From the IMG/VR virus record IMGVR_UViG_3300025127_000017, positions 1 through 64,000 of that record: DNA of 64,000 nucleotides; one strand, 5' to 3'. How positions within the stretch are numbered: the stretch's first letter is position 1; each line of letters begins with the position of its first letter. Origin of the DNA: a virus. Of this stretch, positions 38,216-47,578 are shown piece by piece. A model generated the notes under the pieces. That model was not told where the DNA came from. It searched no databases and saw only the letters and a list, made by a program, of their open reading frames with translations. The translations under genes and the position numbers were made by a program.

Positions 38216-40717
38216 TTACTCTTGTGGTATGGTTAATTCGTTAAACCTATCCTCATAGATGTTCCAGATTCCCTCATCGTTTTCCTTATCAGCAGGTGTT
38301 TGCTTAAATCCAGTCCATGCAAGCCACATTTTTTTATCTTTCACAGGTAATACTCTAATGTGTAATTTTGTCTCGAACTTGTTTCCTTCTAGGAAATATT
38401 CGTGATAACCATGTCTTTGTAGTCCTAATTCAATTTTACCAGAATCAATTATCTTATCTTTAGAAACATTCTTTGAAACTTCCGCAGGATATTTACCTGC
38501 CTTTCCAAATAAATCGAAGATATTATCTTCTTCATTAAGTTCAATATACCAATGCATTGTTTCTCCACCAACGGATATTGTAAAGTTTAAATTATCATCT
38601 TCTCTTAAGTAAATCTTAAAATTACCTTCACGGTATTTTTCTGGAGTTTTATATGCTTTTAACATTGTTGGTTCTTTAATAACTTTATCATCCTCAGAAA
38701 ATAACTTTTTAGTTTTCATATCAAAAGCAATACCGTCTCTATTTTCAAACCAATCCTTGACTCTATTTAATTTACTTTCCAATATGTCTTCATAAGTAGA
38801 TTTATGATTTTTGACTAAGAAGTTGTGTATTTCTTTTGGAGTTTTAGAACCGTTTTCTTTTAAATGATTAAATACTATTTGAGTTAACTGTGATTGTTTT
38901 GTTTTCATAATTTCTTCTGCTTGTGCCTTCCACATATCAATATCAATCAATGCGTTTTTTGACATAAGGTTACTTTCTTCAAAACCATAAATAGTAAAAC
39001 CATCTAAATCAGATTTAATAATTACATTAGTTTCTCCGTGAATATGGTCTGTAACAATCATTCCTTTTTCTAACGCCTTAACATCATAATTTAAGGATTT
39101 CTTAGTATCTTGTGAAAGCATTTCCAATGTAACGATTTTATCAGGATATTCAACTTCGGGAACTTCGATAACCTTTGCAGAAAACAAAGTGTATCTATCT
39201 CCATTCTTTTTAACTTCATCAACCTTAACTCGAACAATATCCCCGACATCTACATCTATTTTAGTATTCAATGCTTTCCCAACATCCATGTATGTAGTTC
39301 CTTCAATTTTAGAATAAAACTTCCCTTCTCCTTCGGTTGGCCCTGCTCCCAATGTATATGAATTTAAATTTGATTTTGTTGTTTTCTTGTCAAGGACGAT
39401 TAAATCTAAATCAACAAACTTCTTCCACTTAATCCATTTTGGATTCTTTCTTGTGCCTATGTAGTATGTTGAAGTCATGTCTTTGATAACCACACCTTCG
39501 GATGTAGGCATATCCATAATCTCCTTTGAATACTCTTCTACATCCTTCAAGTTATCAGCAGTTCTTGTATCTTTCTTTGATGGAAATGCTATTGCTTCTG
39601 TCGAATGCATTGAATAGTTGTTAAATAATGTATTAATTCTATTATCAAGTTCTTCTTCTATTAATTCCTGTTCATTATGTCGCATAATATCAAAAACGTG
39701 CGCTTTTAACTTAGCATCTGGATATTTGTTTTTAAATACATAAGCAATAGTATCAGCACGATGTAATGCTTCATCTCCATCAAACAGAATTAACTCAGCA
39801 TCAAGAATACAATCTCCATACTTTTTCTTTTTGAGTTCTTCGACTTGTTCCTTACACTTTTCAGATATATCCTTTTCATTATATGAAAAGACCCTAACAT
39901 TGTTATCTATCTTATGAATCTGTATTCTCATACCATCATACTTTTCTTGAACAAGGTAGTTTCCTGAGAAGCCCTTTAATTCATTCATGTCATCAATATC
40001 AAAGATTCTATACATTGGTTTGTTCGGAGTAATAAAATCGCTTTTAGATTTTTGCTCAGACTTTTCAATACCATCAATTTCCTTCAAGTCCTTTAAATCT
40101 TCTTTTGAGTATTTGGAGAAAAATAACGTTTCTAATATCTCTAAGGCAGCCTTAACTTTGCTTTCTACCTTTTTTGAGTCTTTATCGTCGCCATACTGTT
40201 CGATAATATACAAGGGAATGTCCTCTTCATCTAGGTCAAGTCCTTCCAACCCATCAGTTATCGTGTCGGCTTCCATGTCTTTAATGCTCCAAACTTCTTT
40301 TGGAAGTGCTTTATCGTCATTTCTTAAAGCATAGTGAACAAATTTAACCATTGTTTCTGGAGAAGAGAGTAATCCTTCAAGAACATTCCCTTTGTATTTT
40401 CTTGCGAATGGGTCTGAAATTAAATCAGAACTGAATCGCATTTCTTTAATACCATTGTAAATCTTTTCAGCGATACTACTTGTAGGGTCTTTTGCTTCTT
40501 TGTTTTCTAATTCGTTTTCTTGAACAAACTTTTTCATTTCTTTGCTAAGTTCGTTCAGTTGCTCATAGATTTCTCTAATGTCATCAATTGCTTTACGCCA
40601 CCTATTCCCATATTCTTTGGGGTCGGTGCGAGCAGATAGATAAGCGACTCTTGTTTTCTCAAAAAGACGTATAATCTCTTCAGAAGAATCTTTATCCTTT
40701 TCAATGAGAAGAGGCAT
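38216..40717 (-). CDS. ATP-dependent DNA ligase with large N- and C-terminal extensions (833 aa)
   Basis: Motif I is EKYDGMR, motif III is ILDAELILF, motif IIIa is HVFDIM, motif IV is EGVVIKD and motif V is KWIKWKK. Confidence 0.85.
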   Translation of the reverse strand: MPLLIEKDKDSSEEIIRLFEKTRVAYLSARTDPKEYGNRWRKAIDDIREIYEQLNELSKEMKKFVQENELENKEAKDPTSSIAEKIYNGIKEMRFSSDLISDPFARKYKGNVLEGLLSSPETMVKFVHYALRNDDKALPKEVWSIKDMEADTITDGLEGLDLDEEDIPLYIIEQYGDDKDSKKVESKVKAALEILETLFFSKYSKEDLKDLKEIDGIEKSEQKSKSDFITPNKPMYRIFDIDDMNELKGFSGNYLVQEKYDGMRIQIHKIDNNVRVFSYNEKDISEKCKEQVEELKKKKYGDCILDAELILFDGDEALHRADTIAYVFKNKYPDAKLKAHVFDIMRHNEQELIEEELDNRINTLFNNYSMHSTEAIAFPSKKDTRTADNLKDVEEYSKEIMDMPTSEGVVIKDMTSTYYIGTRKNPKWIKWKKFVDLDLIVLDKKTTKSNLNSYTLGAGPTEGEGKFYSKIEGTTYMDVGKALNTKIDVDVGDIVRVKVDEVKKNGDRYTLFSAKVIEVPEVEYPDKIVTLEMLSQDTKKSLNYDVKALEKGMIVTDHIHGETNVIIKSDLDGFTIYGFEESNLMSKNALIDIDMWKAQAEEIMKTKQSQLTQIVFNHLKENGSKTPKEIHNFLVKNHKSTYEDILESKLNRVKDWFENRDGIAFDMKTKKLFSEDDKVIKEPTMLKAYKTPEKYREGNFKIYLREDDNLNFTISVGGETMHWYIELNEEDNIFDLFGKAGKYPAEVSKNVSKDKIIDSGKIELGLQRHGYHEYFLEGNKFETKLHIRVLPVKDKKMWLAWTGFKQTPADKENDEGIWNIYEDRFNELTIPQE

Positions 40718-40723
40718 GAATTA

Positions 40724-41188
40724 TCACTTTTTCTTAATTCTATTAATAGTTTCTTTGACTAACTGCTCAATCATTTCTTCTTTATTTTTGTATGTTTCCT
40801 TACTTCTACCATGAGGCATCATTACAGCCATTAATGCATCATAATCTATTGTTTTCCTAAAAGCCCTTCTTATATCGGCTTCCACTTTATCAAACATTTG
40901 TCTATAACCTATATCTGCAATTCGCTTGGTTCTTTCATCTTCTGCTTTCTTTAAAGATTCACCTGCTAAACCATAACCTTCTTTGTCTTGAGTTTGATTT
41001 GTAATCTTTGAAGCATCTTGAACTTTAGGTCTTGTAATCTTTTGTACTTCTACCGTAGTATCAACTGGATTTACTTGAGTAGGTTCTATATTCATTCTCT
41101 TTTTATCGCTTAATTTTTCTTTAGCGATTCTTGCTTTTTCAATGGCTAAAGAAACCATTCTTTCTTCTTTTGTTACTCTTTCTGGCAT
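40724..41188 (-). CDS. Hypothetical protein (154 aa)
   Basis: The ORF is in the operon orientation. Confidence 0.55.
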   Translation of the reverse strand: MPERVTKEERMVSLAIEKARIAKEKLSDKKRMNIEPTQVNPVDTTVEVQKITRPKVQDASKITNQTQDKEGYGLAGESLKKAEDERTKRIADIGYRQMFDKVEADIRRAFRKTIDYDALMAVMMPHGRSKETYKNKEEMIEQLVKETINRIKKK

Positions 41189-41192
41189 AATA

Positions 41193-41486
41193 TCACCGTA
41201 TAAAATCAGGCCCGTATTCTGGTCTTATCACGACCATTACATTTTCATTAGTCACTTCTATATCCTCTACACGGTCAGGCTCTTTTTTTCTATAATAACT
41301 GTGCAATTCATTTTGGGCTTTGCTTCTTGACATTTTTAATTTTCTTAAAGGAATAATTGCCATTGCTTTAATATTTTTTTGCATTACCCTTTGAACTTCT
41401 GGATTTACAACTTTATCAAAAATCTTTTCTAATTCTTGACTGCTTTTATTTTCGTTTCTCATCTTAAGTATATCTTCCCAACTCAT
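41193..41486 (-). CDS. Hypothetical protein (97 aa) with the MSWEDILK leader
   Basis: It has the N-terminal leader motif, and a GGAGGT SD precedes the ATG. Confidence 0.55.
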   Translation of the reverse strand: MSWEDILKMRNENKSSQELEKIFDKVVNPEVQRVMQKNIKAMAIIPLRKLKMSRSKAQNELHSYYRKKEPDRVEDIEVTNENVMVVIRPEYGPDFIR

Positions 41487-41487
41487 A

Positions 41488-41730
41488 TTACTGACCTCCT
41501 ACCTTTTCCACCATTTTATGAATTTCAGACCAATCCATGCTTGCTACATCACCAACAGGTGAAGCAATCTTATTATCCATTGAAGGAATAGGGCTTTCTG
41601 AAACAACAAAACCAGATTTCATTAGCAAATTATCCTTTGCATAAACTGTTCTCTCTAATGATTCGATTTTATCTGTTAAGGCTTTTAATATAGCCAAGAT
41701 GTCATTACTAACTTCATTCCTTTCTGTCAT
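41488..41730 (-). CDS. Small coiled-coil protein that shares the C-terminal peptide of the protease-scaffold
   Basis: Its C-terminus is ASMDWSEIHKMVEKVGGQ, compared with AEMDWSDIHKMVGGY in the scaffold. Confidence 0.6.
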   Translation of the reverse strand: MTERNEVSNDILAILKALTDKIESLERTVYAKDNLLMKSGFVVSESPIPSMDNKIASPVGDVASMDWSEIHKMVEKVGGQ

Positions 41731-42088
41731 CCTTTTTCTCTCCTTTTTTCGGTGGATAAACTAAATCTCGCAATTGGCGATAGAGCAACTCATACTCCTT
41801 ACGAAGTTTGGATGCTGTGGCAACTATATCAATATTCCTTTCGTCCATTGATTTCATTTTCTTTTTTAACTTGTCATCTGTTTTGATAAAGTTTATTTCT
41901 GTCAAAGACTCAATAAGTTCTCCTAATTTAGTAAAGTCTTGACCGAAAAATTCAGTTGGTGATGCCGCTTGAACTTTCTTTTTTAACAACTTTCTTTCTT
42001 TAGGACTTAATGTATCTATTAAATTCTTTGCTACTTTTTTTTCTTTGAGAATAAATTCTTCTCCTGTATCATAAAAATCCCATGTCAT
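41714..42088 (-). CDS. Hypothetical protein (124 aa)
   Basis: The ORF is in the operon orientation and begins MTW.... Confidence 0.5.
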   Translation of the reverse strand: MTWDFYDTGEEFILKEKKVAKNLIDTLSPKERKLLKKKVQAASPTEFFGQDFTKLGELIESLTEINFIKTDDKLKKKMKSMDERNIDIVATASKLRKEYELLYRQLRDLVYPPKKGEKKDDRKE

Positions 42089-44370
42089 TACTTTCCTCTC
42101 CTTAAATTTGTTTTAGCCTTTACTCCTTTTGGTGCTTCCTTTGCTCGCATTATTCTTTTCACTCTCTTCATGGCTCTATTTAGTCTATTAAATTCTCTAT
42201 CACTACTTCTTGCCACTTTACCTCTAATTTCGTCTTCAAATCTCTTAAACATAGACTTTTGTTGAAGCACTTTTAAAGTTCTTTCAATTCCCTCTATTTT
42301 CTGTGAGGTATTGAATAACTTACTTCTAACTGCTACAATTAAACCTCTTTGAGTAGTTAAATCTTTCTTTAATTTTTTCTTTTCGTCAGTCTCTTGTTCA
42401 ATAGCACTCCTAGCAAAACTTTCAAAAATATCATTATACATTTTTTCTTGTTCTACTAACAATTCTTCCATATCTGTTTTGACTTTTTTAAGACTTTCCA
42501 AGTTCTTTTCTGATGTTGTGAAGAATCTAGTAGCATCTTCTGATACTCCTTCTCCTTTGTAGTTTTCAATTTTATCTCTTAATTTTTGAGTAAGGTCTTC
42601 TAATGCTTCTAATTTAATAGAATCTAAACTTCCCTCTATCGCATTGATTTCTGTTTTGTATTCACTAATGTCTGGAATATCTGAACCACTACCAAAACTA
42701 ATTAATTTACCTTTAGCACCTTCTTGGATTGTAAAAATTTTCTTCAGTTTTTCAACCTCTTCGTCTAAGACATCATTAACTGACATAAACTTAGTTTCTA
42801 TATTTTCAACAATATCAGAAAGGTCATCAGTATATTTCTTAAACTTTGACTTAACAGTGGCCTTATCCTTTACAGTAAATAACTCACTTGGACTAATTTT
42901 ATTTTTAATTAGAATAGTAATAATCTTAGAGATATTCTTTTTGTTAAGCCTTTTCTTAATATCACCGATTTGAGAAGGTTCAGCCATCTTATCTTTTAAT
43001 AGAATTAACTTATCACTTTCTTTTGCTTTTGGGATTCTATACTTAAGGTAGTCTTTATCTTCCATAATCATTCGGATAAGTCTTTGTTTTGAGAATGGCT
43101 TTTGCTTAAAGAAATCTGCAACGGTTCTTTCTGAGTTCAATTCTCTTAGAACCTTTGATAACTTAGTGTAAAACGAATCCATTTCATCAGTAAGTTTTCC
43201 TTCTTGTTGAATGGCCCTAGCAGTTTCATCAGATACTTTAATATCCTTTAGTCTTTCCATTTCATTAGAAAGAGAATTTTTAATTTTTTCCATCATTGTA
43301 TTTACTTGTCTCTTGTATTCAGGGCCAAATGCATTTAATAAAAGAACTAAAACTTTTCTTAAATCATAGATGAGAACATCGTAATTAGTATCTCTACCTC
43401 TTCTTATGACAGAGCCTCCTTTTGGAGCAGGTGAGTTTAAGAATAATGAAAGAGCGTCAGTTTCTTTTGAATCAATGTCTTTTTGTGCCGATTTTATTTC
43501 TTTAATTTTTTGAGGAGCATCTTTAATTAGTTTATTTAATCCTTCTATTGCCTTCACATTTCCTTTGTTATTGGTTTCAACAAATCGAGAAAGTAATATT
43601 TTATTATTATTGAACTCTTTAATATCATCTGAAAAATTGTCTTTAAAGATTTTAATTGTTTTTTCTTCTGTTTTTCCCTTCAACTTATTAATTTTATCGG
43701 TAATTTTCTTAATGCCTTCTCGATATTCTTTCTGTGCCTTTTCGAATTCTTTTTTCATTTCAGGAGTAGTATCTTCTCTTACTGAAGGATATGTGCCCCC
43801 TAATTTGATTCCAATTCTTTCAATTTCCTTACCATATTTACTATCCAATCTCTCAATTTGGTTTTCTATTTCTGACATATCGAAATCTTTAGGAACCTTA
43901 ATAGTTTTACTTTCAAAATACTTTGGTTTAATTTCACCTTTTTTATTTTTAAAAGTCTTATTGTAGTCTAACTTCTTAAAGGCTTCTAAAAGTTCTTTGG
44001 AATTTTTGTATTTTGTTAAAACTTGTAGTCTTTGAATATCAACAGGAGGTAATTGATTTTCTCCTTTTTTTGGCCTATCTGTATATTCTCTTCTAAATAA
44101 TAAAGTATTCAGAAGGGGCTTATTCTTACCAATGTAATTCTTCAAAGGACTTCCATCATTAGCCACAATTAACTTACCGCCTTCTTCTTTGACTTTAGTA
44201 TTCAGAAGTTTATCCAATGCTTGAACGGCTTCAACTTTATTTTTTGTTTCAAGACCTTCCTCCATCGTATATTTTGCTTTCTCAATTTTATTTACAATAT
44301 CATCATAAATTATAGATAACATAGTAAATACGCAATCATCTGCGCCTTTAAGAATAATACGATGCATCAT
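42088..44370 (-). CDS. Hypothetical large Lys/Glu-rich protein (760 aa)
   Basis: It is a long uninterrupted ORF. I recognised no motif. Confidence 0.6.
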   Translation of the reverse strand: MMHRIILKGADDCVFTMLSIIYDDIVNKIEKAKYTMEEGLETKNKVEAVQALDKLLNTKVKEEGGKLIVANDGSPLKNYIGKNKPLLNTLLFRREYTDRPKKGENQLPPVDIQRLQVLTKYKNSKELLEAFKKLDYNKTFKNKKGEIKPKYFESKTIKVPKDFDMSEIENQIERLDSKYGKEIERIGIKLGGTYPSVREDTTPEMKKEFEKAQKEYREGIKKITDKINKLKGKTEEKTIKIFKDNFSDDIKEFNNNKILLSRFVETNNKGNVKAIEGLNKLIKDAPQKIKEIKSAQKDIDSKETDALSLFLNSPAPKGGSVIRRGRDTNYDVLIYDLRKVLVLLLNAFGPEYKRQVNTMMEKIKNSLSNEMERLKDIKVSDETARAIQQEGKLTDEMDSFYTKLSKVLRELNSERTVADFFKQKPFSKQRLIRMIMEDKDYLKYRIPKAKESDKLILLKDKMAEPSQIGDIKKRLNKKNISKIITILIKNKISPSELFTVKDKATVKSKFKKYTDDLSDIVENIETKFMSVNDVLDEEVEKLKKIFTIQEGAKGKLISFGSGSDIPDISEYKTEINAIEGSLDSIKLEALEDLTQKLRDKIENYKGEGVSEDATRFFTTSEKNLESLKKVKTDMEELLVEQEKMYNDIFESFARSAIEQETDEKKKLKKDLTTQRGLIVAVRSKLFNTSQKIEGIERTLKVLQQKSMFKRFEDEIRGKVARSSDREFNRLNRAMKRVKRIMRAKEAPKGVKAKTNLRRGK

Positions 44371-44381
44371 TTAGAATCGCC

Positions 44382-44630
44382 TCAAAATGGAATATTTTCT
44401 TTCTTTCCTCTTCGCTTTGATGGCAAAAGAATAACATCAGGAACATCATTTGATGTATTTGTTCGCTTATGCGTAGTATCTGGTGGAATACCGCCAACAG
44501 AAAAATCACGGTTCTTTGTAATCTTTCTTGATTCACTTGCATTTTGCGCCTTTACCTTTGCTAATTCTTTTCTTAGCCTAATTTCTTTTTGTTTACTATC
44601 TTCGCTCATATCATCCAACTCTCCTTTCAC
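44382..44630 (-). CDS. Hypothetical basic protein (82 aa)
   Basis: It lies in the operon orientation between the portal gene and the 760-aa gene. I preferred it to the overlapping ORFs 44348-44542 and 44362-44670. Confidence 0.45.
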   Translation of the reverse strand: MKGELDDMSEDSKQKEIRLRKELAKVKAQNASESRKITKNRDFSVGGIPPDTTHKRTNTSNDVPDVILLPSKRRGKKENIPF

Positions 44631-46248
44631 TTCTTCTATCTACGTTTTGATTCCCTGCATCTTGAGGTAATCCTTGTAATCTTTTGTCAGGCCCAACGCT
44701 CATTGATGGTTTATTTCTTGTAGCAGGTGGGTTTTCTTGTGGTTTTCCTCCACCTTGAGCAAATTGTCTTGCTTGTTCATCTAAATCCCTTTGGTCTAAA
44801 TTAGAACCTGCTAATGGGTCATTTTCTACCATATCTCCACCTTCTGCTGGTTGTTCTTCTTTAGGCTCAGGTTTAGTATATGTAAATTGGCCATCCTCAT
44901 CCATTTCAATTTCAAATCCTAAATTCTTAATTGATGCTGCAATATTAACTTCAATTTCTCTTTTACGCAATACTGCAATTTCATCTTCTTCTTCGCTTGG
45001 TGGTAATTTTAAATCCCAATCTGTGATTCCAAACTGTTTAACCAAAAACGGAAATACATAATTGTTATATACATTCTGAGCCATTTGAACTGCTCTATTT
45101 GTAACAAGAATCTGCATACCTTCGTTGTTTAGCCCACCACTTGTAGTATTATCAGCCATAAATACTTTACTGACACCATAGAATGCTGAAATCCTGTCTC
45201 GTAAATCATCCTTGACTGAAACGTAATCCATCTCCTTCAAACTGTCCATGAACTTAATCCATTCAACAGCCCCTTTACCGTTCTCAGCCTCGATTCCCAT
45301 GACAGGAATGAAGTGCGGGTCTTGTTCCATCTTTTCTTTAACAGACCTCCAAAAAGAGCGCATAGACTCCATGTTTCTTGTCTGTACTGCTAACAAACCT
45401 CTCGGCATTCTACTCTTTGTATAGGATGAATTGACGTAATTCTCCATAGCAATCAATGTCATAATATGATTATAGAGAGTTAAAATCGGAGATAATCCGT
45501 AAAGTCGAGATGGACTGTATTTGCTAAAGTGAAGAACTTCTCCCTCTAAGAAGTATTGGTCTTCACCTCCGACTCTATTTACATAATGAATAGGAAATAA
45601 ATTACTGCCGCATATTTCACAAGTTTCATGTGGTTCAGTAGCAATAATTTCACGATGATTTGCACAAGTGAAACCCTTTGTTCCTCTTACGCCATTCTCA
45701 TCAGCATAAATATACATAGTTACTGGGTCGCCCCTGTATAGTTCTTTTACTCGATGCATTCGTATTTTACCATTACCGTCAATAAAATATTCTTTTACCA
45801 TTACAATGTATGCATCATCCATTGTATTCAAATCATCTTCAAGTTCTCGAAGAACATCAATAAATAACTGTTCAGATTTATTGACATATCTATCTAGGAA
45901 TTTTTCTATATATTCTAATTGTTTCGGGTCTGGAAGCCTTAAATCTTCTGAACCGCATCGAGTACATTCTGTAACAGGCTTTTGGTGTTTTTTACCGCAG
46001 TTGTTACAAAGTGCTTCATAGGATTTTTCCCAAACATATCCTCTTCTAAAGATTTCTTGTTTCAATTGAGTAATACAAGTCCTTACAATAACAGACTGTT
46101 GCACCATCGAATAGATGATTGGTGCAGTCATCATCTGTTGATTTCTTCTTTCTTGAATACCTATGTTGTAAATTTGTCTATCGGCAGGTTTTGGAGTAGA
46201 ACGTCTAAATAAGTTAGTAATAGAGAACCTTCGTCTTTCCTCTACCAT
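44611..46248 (-). CDS. Portal protein with zinc-ribbon insertions
   Basis: Portal-like segments are present (FIDVLRELEDDLNTMDDAYIVMV and RDRISAFYGVSKVFMAD), and 545 aa is a typical size. The Cys pairs are CNNCG...CTRCG and C...CEICG. Confidence 0.7.
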   Translation of the reverse strand: MVEERRRFSITNLFRRSTPKPADRQIYNIGIQERRNQQMMTAPIIYSMVQQSVIVRTCITQLKQEIFRRGYVWEKSYEALCNNCGKKHQKPVTECTRCGSEDLRLPDPKQLEYIEKFLDRYVNKSEQLFIDVLRELEDDLNTMDDAYIVMVKEYFIDGNGKIRMHRVKELYRGDPVTMYIYADENGVRGTKGFTCANHREIIATEPHETCEICGSNLFPIHYVNRVGGEDQYFLEGEVLHFSKYSPSRLYGLSPILTLYNHIMTLIAMENYVNSSYTKSRMPRGLLAVQTRNMESMRSFWRSVKEKMEQDPHFIPVMGIEAENGKGAVEWIKFMDSLKEMDYVSVKDDLRDRISAFYGVSKVFMADNTTSGGLNNEGMQILVTNRAVQMAQNVYNNYVFPFLVKQFGITDWDLKLPPSEEEDEIAVLRKREIEVNIAASIKNLGFEIEMDEDGQFTYTKPEPKEEQPAEGGDMVENDPLAGSNLDQRDLDEQARQFAQGGGKPQENPPATRNKPSMSVGPDKRLQGLPQDAGNQNVDRRSERRVG

Positions 46249-46289
46249 ACGCTACGCCTCCCGACAATTGACCATTAAAGACTCCCCTA

Positions 46290-46703
46290 TTAAGCCTTTT
46301 TGCTTTCTTTTCTCATTTGGTTTCCTTTGGAACGCTTGTCATCTTTGATTGGGCCACCTTTAGCCCAAGTATAGCAGGTTCTTGCAGAATGGCATTTAAA
46401 ATCGTGCATCCAACAATATCCCAAACGTCCATCATCATCTAATTCTAATGGCATACATTTTTCCATTCGAGGAGATATATCAAACGCTACACAATTACCG
46501 CAGTTAGAATCTTTAGCGGCCTCTACTGATGTATTCCAAAAGTCTGCAATATCTTCCCAATAACCTTCGGGCTTCTTTACATTAAGTGGGCCATATTGTA
46601 TATGTTCTGCTTTTATGGCGGCATTTCTATTCTTAGTGTTTAACTTCAAATCCTGTGTTGCTCTAGGACAAGCAAGTTCTTTGAGAATAATTTGCCAATT
46701 CAT
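46290..46703 (-). CDS. Cys-rich conserved hypothetical protein with the MNWQIILK leader
   Basis: It contains CGNCVAFD...CMP...GYCWMHDFKCHSARTC. I moved the start to the ATG at 46703, which matches the leader and lies after the upstream stop. Confidence 0.55.
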   Translation of the reverse strand: MNWQIILKELACPRATQDLKLNTKNRNAAIKAEHIQYGPLNVKKPEGYWEDIADFWNTSVEAAKDSNCGNCVAFDISPRMEKCMPLELDDDGRLGYCWMHDFKCHSARTCYTWAKGGPIKDDKRSKGNQMRKESKKA

Positions 46704-46707
46704 AATA

Positions 46708-47094
46708 TCACTTCGGTTTATGGGTGTAAATATCTCCATCGGTGTGCATAAATATCTTACCTTCCTTTTCTAGTTTTTCTAAAACTCTTTTGATTTCAGA
46801 TTCCTTTCCGAATTGCTTAAGGTTTTTCATACCTAATGCTCCACCCTCTTTCTCAATTTCTCTTAAAATTTGACGTTCTAGTTTTTCTGTCTTCATTCTA
46901 GGACTAATATTCATAAAGTCCGTCATTTCATCAGGGTCGCCAAATGACTTTTTTTCATCTCTAAGCATAGCAAAATCCTTTCCTGTGATTTTACCATCCT
47001 TATCTTTATCTAACTTCTTTTGCCCACCATAGAGCATCTTTTCATCTGTTTTCTGTGTGCCACAATGGGCTTTTAATACTTCTTTCCATTTCAT
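46708..47094 (-). CDS. EF-hand-like loop plus winged-helix-like protein with the MKWKEVLK leader
   Basis: DKDKDGKITGKD matches the 12-residue EF-hand loop pattern. The C-terminus is ILREIEKEGG...VLEKLEKEGKI. The ATG at 47094 follows GGTGAT. Confidence 0.5.
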   Translation of the reverse strand: MKWKEVLKAHCGTQKTDEKMLYGGQKKLDKDKDGKITGKDFAMLRDEKKSFGDPDEMTDFMNISPRMKTEKLERQILREIEKEGGALGMKNLKQFGKESEIKRVLEKLEKEGKIFMHTDGDIYTHKPK

Positions 47095-47099
47095 TTTAA

Positions 47100-47573
47100 T
47101 CACCTTGTAAATGCGCTTCTTTTTCTACTTTCTGTTTTTCTTTTACTGGATTCTTTTCTTGCTAATGCTACCTTATGTGCGGCATTTAATCTTTTCTTTG
47201 CTTCGGGGTCTTTTGCTCTCCTTGCTGCAACTCTTGACCTTTGTTCAACCAAATTAATTATTTGTGATTGTCTTTTATGTGATTTAGATTTGAATGCTGA
47301 ACTTGCGAATGTATCTCTTACATCCTTTGCAGTTTTGAATTTAACTGGAACAGTATCTTTTGGGTTTTCATCTGTGTATAGTCTTCTAGCAGAACCTTTG
47401 GGCTTTTTACCTGTTCCTTTCTTTGGGTCGGTCTTTAGAACTTCTTTCCATCCTTTCTTTACATATCCCGAAGCATAAGCGGCTGCGGCTTGTCTTTCAG
47501 CATCTTTACGATTTTTGTAGACTTTACCTTTGCTACCCCATTTGTAGCCGCCTTTTACTTTTCTAATGGGCAT
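47100..47573 (-). CDS. Basic protein (two modules joined at an internal GWKEVLK)
   Basis: It begins MPIRKVKGGYKWGSKGKVY...AAYASGY. An internal WKEVLK follows, and then YTDENPKD.... The ATG at 47573 lies after AGTGAT. Confidence 0.55.
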   Translation of the reverse strand: MPIRKVKGGYKWGSKGKVYKNRKDAERQAAAAYASGYVKKGWKEVLKTDPKKGTGKKPKGSARRLYTDENPKDTVPVKFKTAKDVRDTFASSAFKSKSHKRQSQIINLVEQRSRVAARRAKDPEAKKRLNAAHKVALARKESSKRKTESRKRSAFTR

Positions 47574-47578
47574 AAGAA

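Noticed and set aside
44348-44670. Overlapping ORFs 44348-44542 (-) and 44362-44670 (+) at the junction between the portal gene and the 760-aa gene
   Set aside because: Both overlap the better-supported ORFs (44382-44630, and the ends of 42088-44370 and 44611-46248), and their composition is atypical.
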